This document shows positions 28,192 to 36,941 of a stretch of DNA of 37,343 bases, piece after piece. Source of the DNA: a virus. The notes below the pieces were generated by a model. That model saw nothing but the letters and a program-made list of their open reading frames with translations. It was not told the origin of the DNA and ran no database searches. Position numbers and translations under genes: made by a program. How positions within the stretch are numbered: position 1 is the first letter of the stretch; every line of letters begins with the position of its first letter. The stretch is from IMG/VR virus record IMGVR_UViG_3300004094_000049, one strand, 5' to 3'.

Positions 28192-28278
28192 TTGACTTTT
28201 GATATTTTTTTGAATATAAATGAAGTGTCTAAAATATTGTGATTTTCATCTTAAATTAGGCACTATTCATTTATTATT
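28192..28278 (+). promoter_or_regulatory. Promoter whose -10 lies in a long imperfect inverted repeat
   Basis: TTGACT-17-TATAAA; ATAAATGAAGTGTCTAA / TTAGGCACTATTCATTTAT. Confidence 0.55.
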
Positions 28279-28297
28279 AGAGGTGTTTTAAACTCCC

Positions 28298-28804
28298 ATG
28301 AATTTCATCAGTAAAGCAGTTATCAAAATCTGTACTTTTGGACTTGCTACCTTAGTAGGAGTTGGCCTGAGTGGTATTATGTACACTCTAGCTTTGCAGA
28401 CTTTGCAGTCAACATTTCTTCTTGGTGCCTTAGTGGCGACGCTTGTCCCAATTACATTGTTTCTTATGACTCACCTCTACCAGCGTGGTGTAGTCGTACC
28501 AATTAGACAATTATCAATGATGGACAAAGACAACATTGATAATAGCCAAGCTACACTGGTGTATCAAATCTCCTCTAAACGCAAGATTACCGAAAAAGTG
28601 CCATTTTTTTCTGCAATTATTACTGCATTTAGCGCGATAATTATTATTCCTTCTGATATTATCAAAAGCATGGACTCTACAAGCAACATCATCGCGTTTG
28701 ATGCTCTATTTATTTGTATGCTTATCTCAATGCTAGCTATTACGTCATTCCATGCATTGAAAATGGCAATTGCATCATTAAAATACAATTTACAGTTACA
28801 ATAA
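28298..28804 (+). CDS. Four-TM hypothetical membrane protein
   Basis: Two pairs of hydrophobic helices; GAGGT upstream. Confidence 0.65.
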   Translation: MNFISKAVIKICTFGLATLVGVGLSGIMYTLALQTLQSTFLLGALVATLVPITLFLMTHLYQRGVVVPIRQLSMMDKDNIDNSQATLVYQISSKRKITEKVPFFSAIITAFSAIIIIPSDIIKSMDSTSNIIAFDALFICMLISMLAITSFHALKMAIASLKYNLQLQ

Positions 28805-28818
28805 TTGCGAGAAAAATT

Positions 28819-29118
28819 ATGAAAAAATACATGCTACGTTTGATGGCTGTCGCACTGTTATTCCCTCTTTCGGTTAGTGCGAAAGTGTTGAATTTATACA
28901 ACTTTGAAACGGCTGAGTATGACAAGGTAAACACGAACGCTCCTTTGGCTACGGAGGATGCTCGTGCATATCTTCCACCAATTGAGGAAGTTCACACGGT
29001 ATTTGATAAATTCATTGATCAAGGTGAATCACCTGCAATGGCAATGGGTAAATCACTGGCCTTTTTGCATCAGGCAATCGAAAAAGCAAAGGCTCAAGCC
29101 GATTCCGCTTCAAAATAA
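28819..29118 (+). CDS. Small secreted protein
   Basis: Signal peptide MKKYMLRLMAVALLFPLSVSA; start 28819. Confidence 0.7.
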   Translation: MKKYMLRLMAVALLFPLSVSAKVLNLYNFETAEYDKVNTNAPLATEDARAYLPPIEEVHTVFDKFIDQGESPAMAMGKSLAFLHQAIEKAKAQADSASK

Positions 29119-29140
29119 AACGATAACAAGACAAGACAGA

Positions 29141-29177
29141 TTGACAGTGCATTTATTTTAGCTATAATAAATGCACT
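29141..29177 (+). promoter_or_regulatory. clpP promoter inside a 32-bp near-perfect palindrome
   Basis: TTGACA-16-TATAAT; AGTGCATTTATT-T-TAGCTA-T-AATAAATGCACT. Confidence 0.7.
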
Positions 29178-29197
29178 TATTTTTTAGGAGTACCTAC

Positions 29198-29797
29198 ATG
29201 ATTGATCCAATGAACGCACTTGTACCTATGGTTGTTGAACAAACGTCTCGTGGTGAGCGTAATTACGATATTTATTCTCGACTACTCAAGGAGCGTATCA
29301 TTTTTCTAACGGGCCAAGTTGAAGATAACATGGCAAACCTGATCACTGCTCAGTTGCTCTTTTTGGAATCAGAGAACCCTGATAAGGATATTTATCTTTA
29401 TATCAACTCGCCTGGCGGCTCTGTTACAGCAGGAATGTCAATCTACGACACCATGAATTTCATCAAGCCAAAAGTTCATACTATTGTTATTGGCCAAGCT
29501 TGCTCGATGGGTGCATTTATTCTCTCAGGTGGTGAAAAAGGTTGTCGCTATGCACTTCCAAATGCATCTATCATGATTCATCAACCTCTAGGCGGCTTCC
29601 AAGGTCAAGCTTCAGATATTCAAATTCATGCTCAACGAATTCTTGAGACAAAGAATAAACTCAACAGAGAGTTGGCTAGTCACACTGGGCAACCGCTTGA
29701 AGTTATTGAGCGTGATACAGATCGAGATAACTTTATGGATCCACAGGAAGCGCTTGACTATGGTTTGATTGATAAAATCCTTGAAAAGCGTGATTAA
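29198..29797 (+). CDS. clpP: ATP-dependent Clp protease proteolytic subunit
   Basis: [46 protein letters not shown] (Ser), IMIHQP (His), DTDRDNFM (Asp); AGGAG RBS before ATG 29198. Confidence 0.97.
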   Translation: MIDPMNALVPMVVEQTSRGERNYDIYSRLLKERIIFLTGQVEDNMANLITAQLLFLESENPDKDIYLYINSPGGSVTAGMSIYDTMNFIKPKVHTIVIGQACSMGAFILSGGEKGCRYALPNASIMIHQPLGGFQGQASDIQIHAQRILETKNKLNRELASHTGQPLEVIERDTDRDNFMDPQEALDYGLIDKILEKRD

Positions 29798-29807
29798 TCA
29801 ATGGAAT

Positions 29808-29831
29808 ATAGCGGTCGAAAGGCCGCTATTT
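29808..29831 (+). terminator. Intrinsic terminator after clpP
   Basis: ATAGCGGTC-GAAA-GGCCGCTATTT. Confidence 0.75.
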
Positions 29832-29835
29832 GCTT

Positions 29836-30144
29836 ATGACAAATACAAAAATATTAGAGCTTAAAAATAGCCTTAAACTGCGCAATAACATTGAATTAGC
29901 TGCATTTAGCATTCTTGTTTTTGTTGCAGCCTCTTTCATATCAGGCATGTTTGAACTGCCAATGGATACCTCTCTTGTATTCTCTAGCCCACTTATTTTT
30001 ATTGGGCTGCACTTTCTTGTTAAAAGGCATAAGAAACGTGAAGATCAAAAGATGCTTGAGCTAATCAAGGCTGATGAAAATCTAGGTGAGAGGATCGACC
30101 CTAAAGCAAGCACTCTGGAAGAAGCACTTAAGCAAGTCGATTAA
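29836..30144 (+). CDS. Small two-TM membrane protein
   Basis: Two hydrophobic helices followed by a charged tail. Confidence 0.6.
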   Translation: MTNTKILELKNSLKLRNNIELAAFSILVFVAASFISGMFELPMDTSLVFSSPLIFIGLHFLVKRHKKREDQKMLELIKADENLGERIDPKASTLEEALKQVD

Positions 30145-30162
30145 TTCATCCAAAGGATGGTT

Positions 30163-30187
30163 AGCCCAGCAATCGCTGGGCTTTTTT
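30163..30187. terminator. Terminator between convergent genes
   Basis: AGCCCAGC-AATC-GCTGGGCTTTTTT. Confidence 0.8.
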
Positions 30188-31037
30188 ATGAAAAATGGTC
30201 TGAGATGTGTGTGAGGCAATTGTCATACATCACCTCTTCTGTTTTACAATCGAGTTTACTCAATTCCCTGTTAAGTGCCTGCTTGTTTCGTTCTATCACC
30301 CCTTCCGCAACACACGCGCTAATTTTCTTGCTTTTTACCATGTATCGGATGAATTTCGCTAAGCTCACTTGAATAACACGCTCATCATTCTTGTTTAATT
30401 CACTATACTCGGTGAGTTTTTTTTGGATATCGTCGTCCTGTAGCAAATGAATAAAGAACTCCTTGAGAAATGCTTTACCTATGGATGCTTCTTCATTTCT
30501 TGAATGCAGTGTGTCTGTGATACCTTCCTCTACAGGTTTGCCTCTATGGAAAATAACTTCTTTATCTTCAGTAAACCCTTGGCATGATTGGCGATGACCA
30601 TGCATTTCAAATGATCGTGAGCGCTCTCGTCTCAGCCCCTCTACCATATGCAATACAGGCGTATCCACACGATATGGGTATAGACTGCAAGCTTTAGGAC
30701 GACGACTGTAGATCTGGCACTTATTATCCCAATCTAAATTTGGACATCCATGCTCGCCGCCAACGAGCGTAATAAATTCTGGGTGTACAACAATTTTCCT
30801 GTTATCTGAGCTTTTCGAGTAAAATGATAAGCACTCCTTTGAGTGCTTCTTCATAGATTTTGCATAAGGGGTCTTCTCTTTTTCAATAGGAACATTACGA
30901 ACGTCTGATACTGAAAAAATGACAGCTACGGGAAAATCACCACTATGAGTATTAATCACTTCATTGTAAGTTAAAGAAATCCCGCCTAAACAGCACCCTC
31001 CGCAACCGTTACACTTAAACTTGATGTCCACTACCAA
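30186..31037 (-). CDS. YkgJ-family CxxCxxCC cysteine-cluster protein
   Basis: FKCNGCGGCC...CPNLDWDNKCQIYSRRPKACSLYPY. Confidence 0.88.
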   Translation of the reverse strand: MVVDIKFKCNGCGGCCLGGISLTYNEVINTHSGDFPVAVIFSVSDVRNVPIEKEKTPYAKSMKKHSKECLSFYSKSSDNRKIVVHPEFITLVGGEHGCPNLDWDNKCQIYSRRPKACSLYPYRVDTPVLHMVEGLRRERSRSFEMHGHRQSCQGFTEDKEVIFHRGKPVEEGITDTLHSRNEEASIGKAFLKEFFIHLLQDDDIQKKLTEYSELNKNDERVIQVSLAKFIRYMVKSKKISACVAEGVIERNKQALNRELSKLDCKTEEVMYDNCLTHISDHFS

Positions 31038-32325
31038 TTTCTCCTTTAAATCTTTCTATTTGCTTCTGAGTGCCTTTTAGAGACACAACTAGACCTTCGA
31101 CCTCAATCGTTTCATGCTCCATCTTTTCTTCTTGGAAAACTTGATATGGCATAAATGGCAAACTAAGTCCTTTTAGGCTCGTTTTACCACGAGGCTTGAA
31201 TCGGAATGAATCTTTTGCCAATACAAATGTGCTTTCCCCTACAGTAATTTCACCTGGCTTAGTGATAGACTCTAAGCGGCTAGCGATATTTACACTGTTA
31301 CCAACTACTGTGTAATCCATTCGATTGTTAGAGCCAAAATTTCCAACATGACAGAAGCCAGTGTTGATACCAATTCTGATCTTAATTGGATTCGTCATAC
31401 CTAGCTCTTGAAAGGTACTATGAAGCTCAATGATTCTCTTCTGCATTTCTACAGCCATTGCAATAGCAGAAATTGCATCTTCCTTAACGCCTTTCGTCAA
31501 AGGATCTCCAAAAAACACAAGCATGCCATCACCAAGGTACTTGTCTATTGTTCCTCCATGCTTCAATGCCACCTTTGACATTTCTTCAAAATAGCAATTA
31601 AGAAATTTTGCAGTAATCTCAGAAACATGAGTTTCAGCCATGCTTGAGAACCCTACTATGTCAGTGAAACAGGCTGTAATCTGCTTTCTTTTTGCTGGCA
31701 GGATTTCCCCTTTGGACTCCTGAATTCGATGGATAAGCTGTGGCGAAAGATAGTTAGACAAAACACCAAATAACTTTTCCATTTCTTCAGTTTTAATTTT
31801 TTCAAGCTCTCTAGACTCAATGAGTTGAACGGTTTTTTCGTATCTTTGTTGCGAAACAGAAACCACAAAAATCAATGTGTAAAGACCACCAGCAAAGACC
31901 ATGAAATCATTTGTTGATCTCATGTAGAAATCAAAGCCAACGAATAAGAACAGGCAGCATGTTGATAGGGTGCTTGCCATATATATAAACCAAAATGCTA
32001 TGCCACCTGCCGACACAAATATGTAGCTTTGAATAATGAGTAGCATAAACGATAACGAAAGGTCTGCTCTGATGAAGTAGATAAATGCACCACAAACGAT
32101 AGAGTCCATGAAGAGCATTATGTAATGAACAAGATTACTTCTTGAATCCTTTTGACAAAATTCAATCAGGAATGTCCCACCCAAGTAAAGCAAAGTGAAA
32201 ATAAGCATCTTCGATGACACATCACTTATCACTCGCCCTTCCGATATAATATAAGTTCCTAATATTGTTGATAAAAATATATAGCCTAGTACTCTTACTA
32301 GGCTATTTTCAATATTCTTTGTCAT
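31015..32325 (-). CDS. Membrane-bound class III adenylate cyclase (CyaB-like; MASE2-like N-terminus)
   Basis: About six TMs; YLSPQL; FTDIVGFS; DKYLGDG (adenine-specifying Lys); RIGINTG; RMDYTVVGNSVNIASRLES. Confidence 0.9.
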   Translation of the reverse strand: MTKNIENSLVRVLGYIFLSTILGTYIISEGRVISDVSSKMLIFTLLYLGGTFLIEFCQKDSRSNLVHYIMLFMDSIVCGAFIYFIRADLSLSFMLLIIQSYIFVSAGGIAFWFIYMASTLSTCCLFLFVGFDFYMRSTNDFMVFAGGLYTLIFVVSVSQQRYEKTVQLIESRELEKIKTEEMEKLFGVLSNYLSPQLIHRIQESKGEILPAKRKQITACFTDIVGFSSMAETHVSEITAKFLNCYFEEMSKVALKHGGTIDKYLGDGMLVFFGDPLTKGVKEDAISAIAMAVEMQKRIIELHSTFQELGMTNPIKIRIGINTGFCHVGNFGSNNRMDYTVVGNSVNIASRLESITKPGEITVGESTFVLAKDSFRFKPRGKTSLKGLSLPFMPYQVFQEEKMEHETIEVEGLVVSLKGTQKQIERFKGEIGSGHQV

Positions 32326-32333
32326 TTTAAATC

Positions 32334-32675
32334 TTACAAGAATGGCTTAAATGGCATGCATAGTAGTGCGCTTACGCCTTTACCAAATACAACGCCCTTA
32401 TCGTCAACATCACAAAACTCATTTATTGCCTTTTCACAAGGCTTACTTCCATCAGGGCAACTATATCCAAAAATATCACTCGTAGGCATTATTGATATAA
32501 ACTGTGTCGCGCACATCATAAAGTTATCCATGATATTGTCTTGTTCAGCATAAGTTTGTTCAGTTGTCGCGATTTGACTTGGATCTGTACCGTCTAAGGG
32601 TTCGTAACAACCTGGAGAAGCATGCGCCCCTGCTGACAATAGTAAAGCAAATAGACCTAACGTTATTCTTTTCAT
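32334..32675 (-). CDS. Small secreted cysteine-rich protein
   Basis: Signal peptide ending AHA; six Cys in the mature part; 8 bp upstream of the cyclase gene. Confidence 0.75.
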   Translation of the reverse strand: MKRITLGLFALLLSAGAHASPGCYEPLDGTDPSQIATTEQTYAEQDNIMDNFMMCATQFISIMPTSDIFGYSCPDGSKPCEKAINEFCDVDDKGVVFGKGVSALLCMPFKPFL

Positions 32676-32708
32676 TTTTTAGCCTTTTTTATTATACGTT
32701 AAATTATT

Positions 32709-32731
32709 AGACCTCTTATGTAAAGAGGTCT
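32709..32731 (-). terminator. Hairpin after secA
   Basis: AGACCTCTT-ATGTA-AAGAGGTCT. Confidence 0.65.
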
Positions 32732-32742
32732 GATTTTCTTAG

Positions 32743-35478
32743 CTATTCGTTTTCTGTATTACTATTGTCAGTCGGCATTTGTTCAATGCTTTCAGATGTT
32801 GATGCAACGCTCTCGTTTGAATGGTCTAAAGAGTCTTCTTCCAGTCTTTTAGCTTCTGCTTCTGCTTTTAACTTCATTTGCTTTACATGAGCTTCATAAG
32901 ATTGAATTGTTGCATAGGCTGACGCGAAGTATGCAGTAGAAAAATCGACAATTGTGGTTTTCACCATTTCTTCAAACAATGACAGCGAATCGCGGCCATA
33001 CTCTTGTAGTGGGTTCTTTTGTGCATAACCACGCAAGTGAATTCCTTCACGCAAGTTACTTAACATATCAATCTGGTCAAACCAAAGTCGATCTAAAGTA
33101 TTGAGCAGTACAGTTACCGATAGCTCTTTACATAAATGGTCTGGAAGTATGTCGGCAATAGCTTCCACCGATTTCGACACTCGCTCAAAAAGCTCATCAA
33201 TAATTGCTTCTCTTCCCATGCCATCTTGAACCATCTTGTCGATGAAAGGTTCGATTCCCCATTTTACGTGAATGAAGGTATCAAAGGCATCTGCATCCCA
33301 AGCCTCTTCAAATGTGTCCTGAGGAAGAAACTGATCTGCCGCATGACTTATTGATCCGCCAAGAAGATCCTTCGTTCGCTCTACTGCTTCTTCTTCTTTT
33401 ACTTCAAGCCAGTCATTACGCATCTCATATACATTTTGACGCTGCATATTTACGATATTGTCGTATTTCACTAGCTCAGCACGTACTTTTGAATCCTGGC
33501 CTTCTGATTGAATCTGGGCCTTTTCAATGAACTTGTTTAACAGTGAGTGTTCAATGCATTCTTCTTCACCGACATCAGCAGCTAGAAGTAACTGCATCAT
33601 TCCTGAATTACCAAAGCTCTTAAGCAGCTTATCCTCAAAGGACACAAAGAAGACTGAGCTACCTGGGTCGCCTTGTCGTCCAGCACGGCCCTTTAGCTGA
33701 TTATCAACTCGACGACTTTCATTTCGGGTTGTACTGATAACATGAAGTCCACCAAGCCCTTTAACAATCTCAGACTCACTCTTACACATTTGTTTTACAG
33801 CCTGAATAGAGACGTCATCTTTATGTTCAAGCCTTGAAATTAGATCGTCTGAATTGCCACCAAGAATAATATCGGTGCCTCGCCCTGCCATATTGGTTGA
33901 AATTGTAATAGCACCTTTTCGGCCAGCTTGAGCAATAATTTGTGCTTCTAACTCGTGGTTCTTAGCATTCAATACATTGAATTCAACGCCTTCACTTTCC
34001 AGTAGCTTAGCAATGATCATGCTCTCATCAACAGAATCCGTTCCCACGAGTACTGGGCGACCTAACTGGTGGGTCTTGATTGTTTCTTCGATAATCGCTT
34101 TATGCTTTCCGCTACGTGTTAAATAAACACGGTCATTCATATCATTTCGTTGATTTGGCTGGTGTGTTGGGACTACAACAACCTCCATGCCATAAATTTC
34201 ATCGAACTCTTGGGCTTCGGTGTCACCTGTGCCCGTCATTCCAGATAGTTTCTTGTATTGCTTAAAGAAATTCTGAAGCGAAATACTAGCCATAGTTCTT
34301 GTTTCTGGCTTAATTTCCACACCTTCTTTTGCTTCTACAGCTTGATGTAGACCTTCAGACCATCTTCTTCCGTAATCAATACGCCCCGTAGTAGGGTTAA
34401 TGATTTCGATTGCTTTGTCTTTTGTAACGACATAGTCCACATCCCTTTGAAACATAAAGTGCGCACGAGCTGCTGTTTCTAGTGATTTTACGATATGAAG
34501 CGTATTTGGCTCGTATAGACTACTGCCGTGTTCAATAACCTTATGCTCAACAAGAAGAGCTTCCAGCTTATCAAAACCCGCTTCGGTTACAAAAACCGCC
34601 CTCGACTTCTCAACGATAATCAAGTCTTCCTCGGACTTCTCAAGTGTCTCCTTTGTAGCTTCTTTAAGCTTAGCATGTGTGAAAGAGTGGATATGGTCAT
34701 TCATGAATGAAATGATGCCCATGTCTGTCTCTGCGTGTCCTGAAATAATCAACGGAGTACGAGCATCATCAATAAGAATTGAGTCAACCTCATCAACAAT
34801 AGCAAAGGACAAACCTCGTTGTACTTGTTCTTCAGTTCGCTGAGCCATGTTGTCGCGCAAATAATCGAACGCAAACTCACTATTAGTTCCATACAGAATG
34901 TCAGCGTGCTGGTAGATGAGTTTACGCTCATGAGGCGGTTGGGTTGATTGCAGGTAGCCGACTTGCATACCAAGCATCTTATACAGTCGAGACATCAACA
35001 GGGCATCACGTTTAGCAAGGTAGTCATTCACAGTCACAACGTGAACTTGCTCCCCACCCAATGCATTAAGATATGAAGGCAGAGTTGCCACTAGAGTTTT
35101 ACCCTCACCTGTCTGCATCTCAGCAATATTGCCTGAATTAAGTACAATACCACCAAGAATTTGCACATCGTAATGACGCATGCCGCTTAATCGCTTTGAC
35201 GCTTCACGAACTAAGGCAAATGCTTCTGGGATCAAGCTTTCGATAGTGGCACCATTGGACAACCTTTCCTTAAACTCACTGGTCTTCTTTGGAAAATCCT
35301 CTGTGGCTAGGTTGCTGAAGTCATTTTCAATTTCACTGACTTTCTTTAGCATCTTAATGTGCTTTTTTAATACTCTAGCATTACGTGTACCAAACAGCTT
35401 TGCAGCCGTTCGAACAACCATGTTTGAACTTCGAACGTGATTAAGTTCGCCATTCTTAAAACTCTGATTAGCAGTCAT
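32743..35478 (-). CDS. secA: Preprotein translocase ATPase SecA paralog lacking the C-terminal Zn-binding domain
   Basis: MRHYDVQ, EMQTGEGKTLVATLP, VVTVNDYLAKRD, DEVDSILIDDARTPLIISG, GRRWSEGLHQAVEAKE, TNMAGRGTDI, QLKGRAGRQGDPGSS, LRGYAQKNPLQEY. Likely start MTANQS at 35478. Confidence 0.95.
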   Translation of the reverse strand: MTANQSFKNGELNHVRSSNMVVRTAAKLFGTRNARVLKKHIKMLKKVSEIENDFSNLATEDFPKKTSEFKERLSNGATIESLIPEAFALVREASKRLSGMRHYDVQILGGIVLNSGNIAEMQTGEGKTLVATLPSYLNALGGEQVHVVTVNDYLAKRDALLMSRLYKMLGMQVGYLQSTQPPHERKLIYQHADILYGTNSEFAFDYLRDNMAQRTEEQVQRGLSFAIVDEVDSILIDDARTPLIISGHAETDMGIISFMNDHIHSFTHAKLKEATKETLEKSEEDLIIVEKSRAVFVTEAGFDKLEALLVEHKVIEHGSSLYEPNTLHIVKSLETAARAHFMFQRDVDYVVTKDKAIEIINPTTGRIDYGRRWSEGLHQAVEAKEGVEIKPETRTMASISLQNFFKQYKKLSGMTGTGDTEAQEFDEIYGMEVVVVPTHQPNQRNDMNDRVYLTRSGKHKAIIEETIKTHQLGRPVLVGTDSVDESMIIAKLLESEGVEFNVLNAKNHELEAQIIAQAGRKGAITISTNMAGRGTDIILGGNSDDLISRLEHKDDVSIQAVKQMCKSESEIVKGLGGLHVISTTRNESRRVDNQLKGRAGRQGDPGSSVFFVSFEDKLLKSFGNSGMMQLLLAADVGEEECIEHSLLNKFIEKAQIQSEGQDSKVRAELVKYDNIVNMQRQNVYEMRNDWLEVKEEEAVERTKDLLGGSISHAADQFLPQDTFEEAWDADAFDTFIHVKWGIEPFIDKMVQDGMGREAIIDELFERVSKSVEAIADILPDHLCKELSVTVLLNTLDRLWFDQIDMLSNLREGIHLRGYAQKNPLQEYGRDSLSLFEEMVKTTIVDFSTAYFASAYATIQSYEAHVKQMKLKAEAEAKRLEEDSLDHSNESVASTSESIEQMPTDNSNTENE

Positions 35479-35511
35479 TCTTATTCTTTTATTATTAAAA
35501 ATCTTGCACAT

Positions 35512-35540
35512 ATTATATTTTTAATTTTCACAAATGCAAT
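35512..35540 (-). promoter_or_regulatory. secA promoter
   Basis: On the - strand TTGCAT-17-TATAAT. Confidence 0.65.
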
Positions 35541-35558
35541 TAGGTGTAACTGATAATA

Positions 35559-35586
35559 AAAAGGCCAAGCATTTGCTTGGCCTTTT
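35559..35586. terminator. Intrinsic terminator
   Basis: AAAAGGCCAAGCA-TT-TGCTTGGCCTTTT. Confidence 0.85.
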
Positions 35587-35611
35587 CGTTGTCTCTATAT
35601 GCGATAAATCA

Positions 35612-36874
35612 TCATTTCTTGTCTGTATCTTTTAAAAAATGGGACATCTTGTATGCGGATTTGCCATTCTTATCGATAGAGAAAATGTTTCCCTGTGGAG
35701 CGCTGAAAGCGTGAATTGTACTCAACAAAAGGTTTCCTTTTCCATCACCACGAGCAACACGAGACAAACGCATTCCAACATTGGCAAATGTAAAACCTTT
35801 CTCACGGCCAAAATCAACGGTTGGATTTTCACGCAAACGCTTTTCCACATAGGTCTTTAGCGTTTTGGATCCCCCCATTGGAGCATCATTAATCTCACCG
35901 CCGAACTTATTATTTCCCGTAGAGCCACAGTTCACTCGTTGTACAGGGATTACTTCAAGAACATAGCTCTCATTGGCTTTAGCAAGTCTAAGTGCTTTAT
36001 TGCCATAAAACTTCATGTAATCATCAATGATCGGATCAATTTCTGCTACTTTTCGATTAGTATAGTCAAACTTATGCACACAAGAGCTACATAGTTCAGA
36101 TTTAATAATATCGCCATCACGTACACGCACAAGCAGACCACCATACATGCCATCGACTGTGTACTTTTCAAGGTAGAATCGAATAAAGTTTTTCAGAACA
36201 TCAGGAGTATAGTCGTAAATTTCCGTTAGCTCTTCATGTTTAATCAGAACGGCAGCAAACCATTTTTGTCTCTCTTTCATGATCTTAGAATATAGAGAAG
36301 ATTTTTCTTCTTCTGCATCCATTGGGCTGATTCTTTGAGCATCAATAGCTTCCTGAAGCTCAGAAAATCGAGCTTGAAGTTCCACTAACTCGTCCGAAAT
36401 TTTGAACCCAAAACTTGTTTCTAAGTACCCTTTTCCCGTCATAAACGGCGCTTCTTGATCATCGACTTGGAGTACACTGGCCCACTTCCCAACTAGAACA
36501 TGCTTGCCTGGGAATCGATGGCCCATAGTCATGTCAATTTGTACCTGCTCAATCATCAATACGCCACAAGGCTTTTCAGGCCCATTTTCATCAGAAGCAA
36601 TGCAAGGGTTCTTTGCAGTGCGGTGAGTTTCTGCAAAAAGATCTACAGTAGGGATTGTTTGAGCTGTATCGCTATTTCTGGCCTTTTCTTGGTTTGCTTT
36701 GGTTGGCTCAATGAACACTACCACTTCTTTGCCGCCAAGTGTAACACCTTCAACATAGCTATTTAGGAAGTCATTATCATCAACGACATAGTTTCTCGGA
36801 TAAAAGATAACGCCACCATTGATTGCCTGACGTTGTTGTTGGTTTTGTGATTCTGTTTGAGCTGCTTGTGCCAT
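35612..36874 (-). CDS. Hypothetical 420-aa protein
   Basis: Long ORF, GGAG RBS, own terminator; no motif recognised. Confidence 0.8.
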   Translation of the reverse strand: MAQAAQTESQNQQQRQAINGGVIFYPRNYVVDDNDFLNSYVEGVTLGGKEVVVFIEPTKANQEKARNSDTAQTIPTVDLFAETHRTAKNPCIASDENGPEKPCGVLMIEQVQIDMTMGHRFPGKHVLVGKWASVLQVDDQEAPFMTGKGYLETSFGFKISDELVELQARFSELQEAIDAQRISPMDAEEEKSSLYSKIMKERQKWFAAVLIKHEELTEIYDYTPDVLKNFIRFYLEKYTVDGMYGGLLVRVRDGDIIKSELCSSCVHKFDYTNRKVAEIDPIIDDYMKFYGNKALRLAKANESYVLEVIPVQRVNCGSTGNNKFGGEINDAPMGGSKTLKTYVEKRLRENPTVDFGREKGFTFANVGMRLSRVARGDGKGNLLLSTIHAFSAPQGNIFSIDKNGKSAYKMSHFLKDTDKK

Positions 36875-36941
36875 TGAAAATTCTCCACCCTTAATATAAT
36901 TTATAGTTTTAAAATAGTGAAAACCCGTGATTTGACAAGGG

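Noticed and set aside
35541-35554. TAGGTGTAACTGA as an E. coli-type Ter site
   Set aside because: Only a partial match to the ATGTTGTAAC core; expected by chance.
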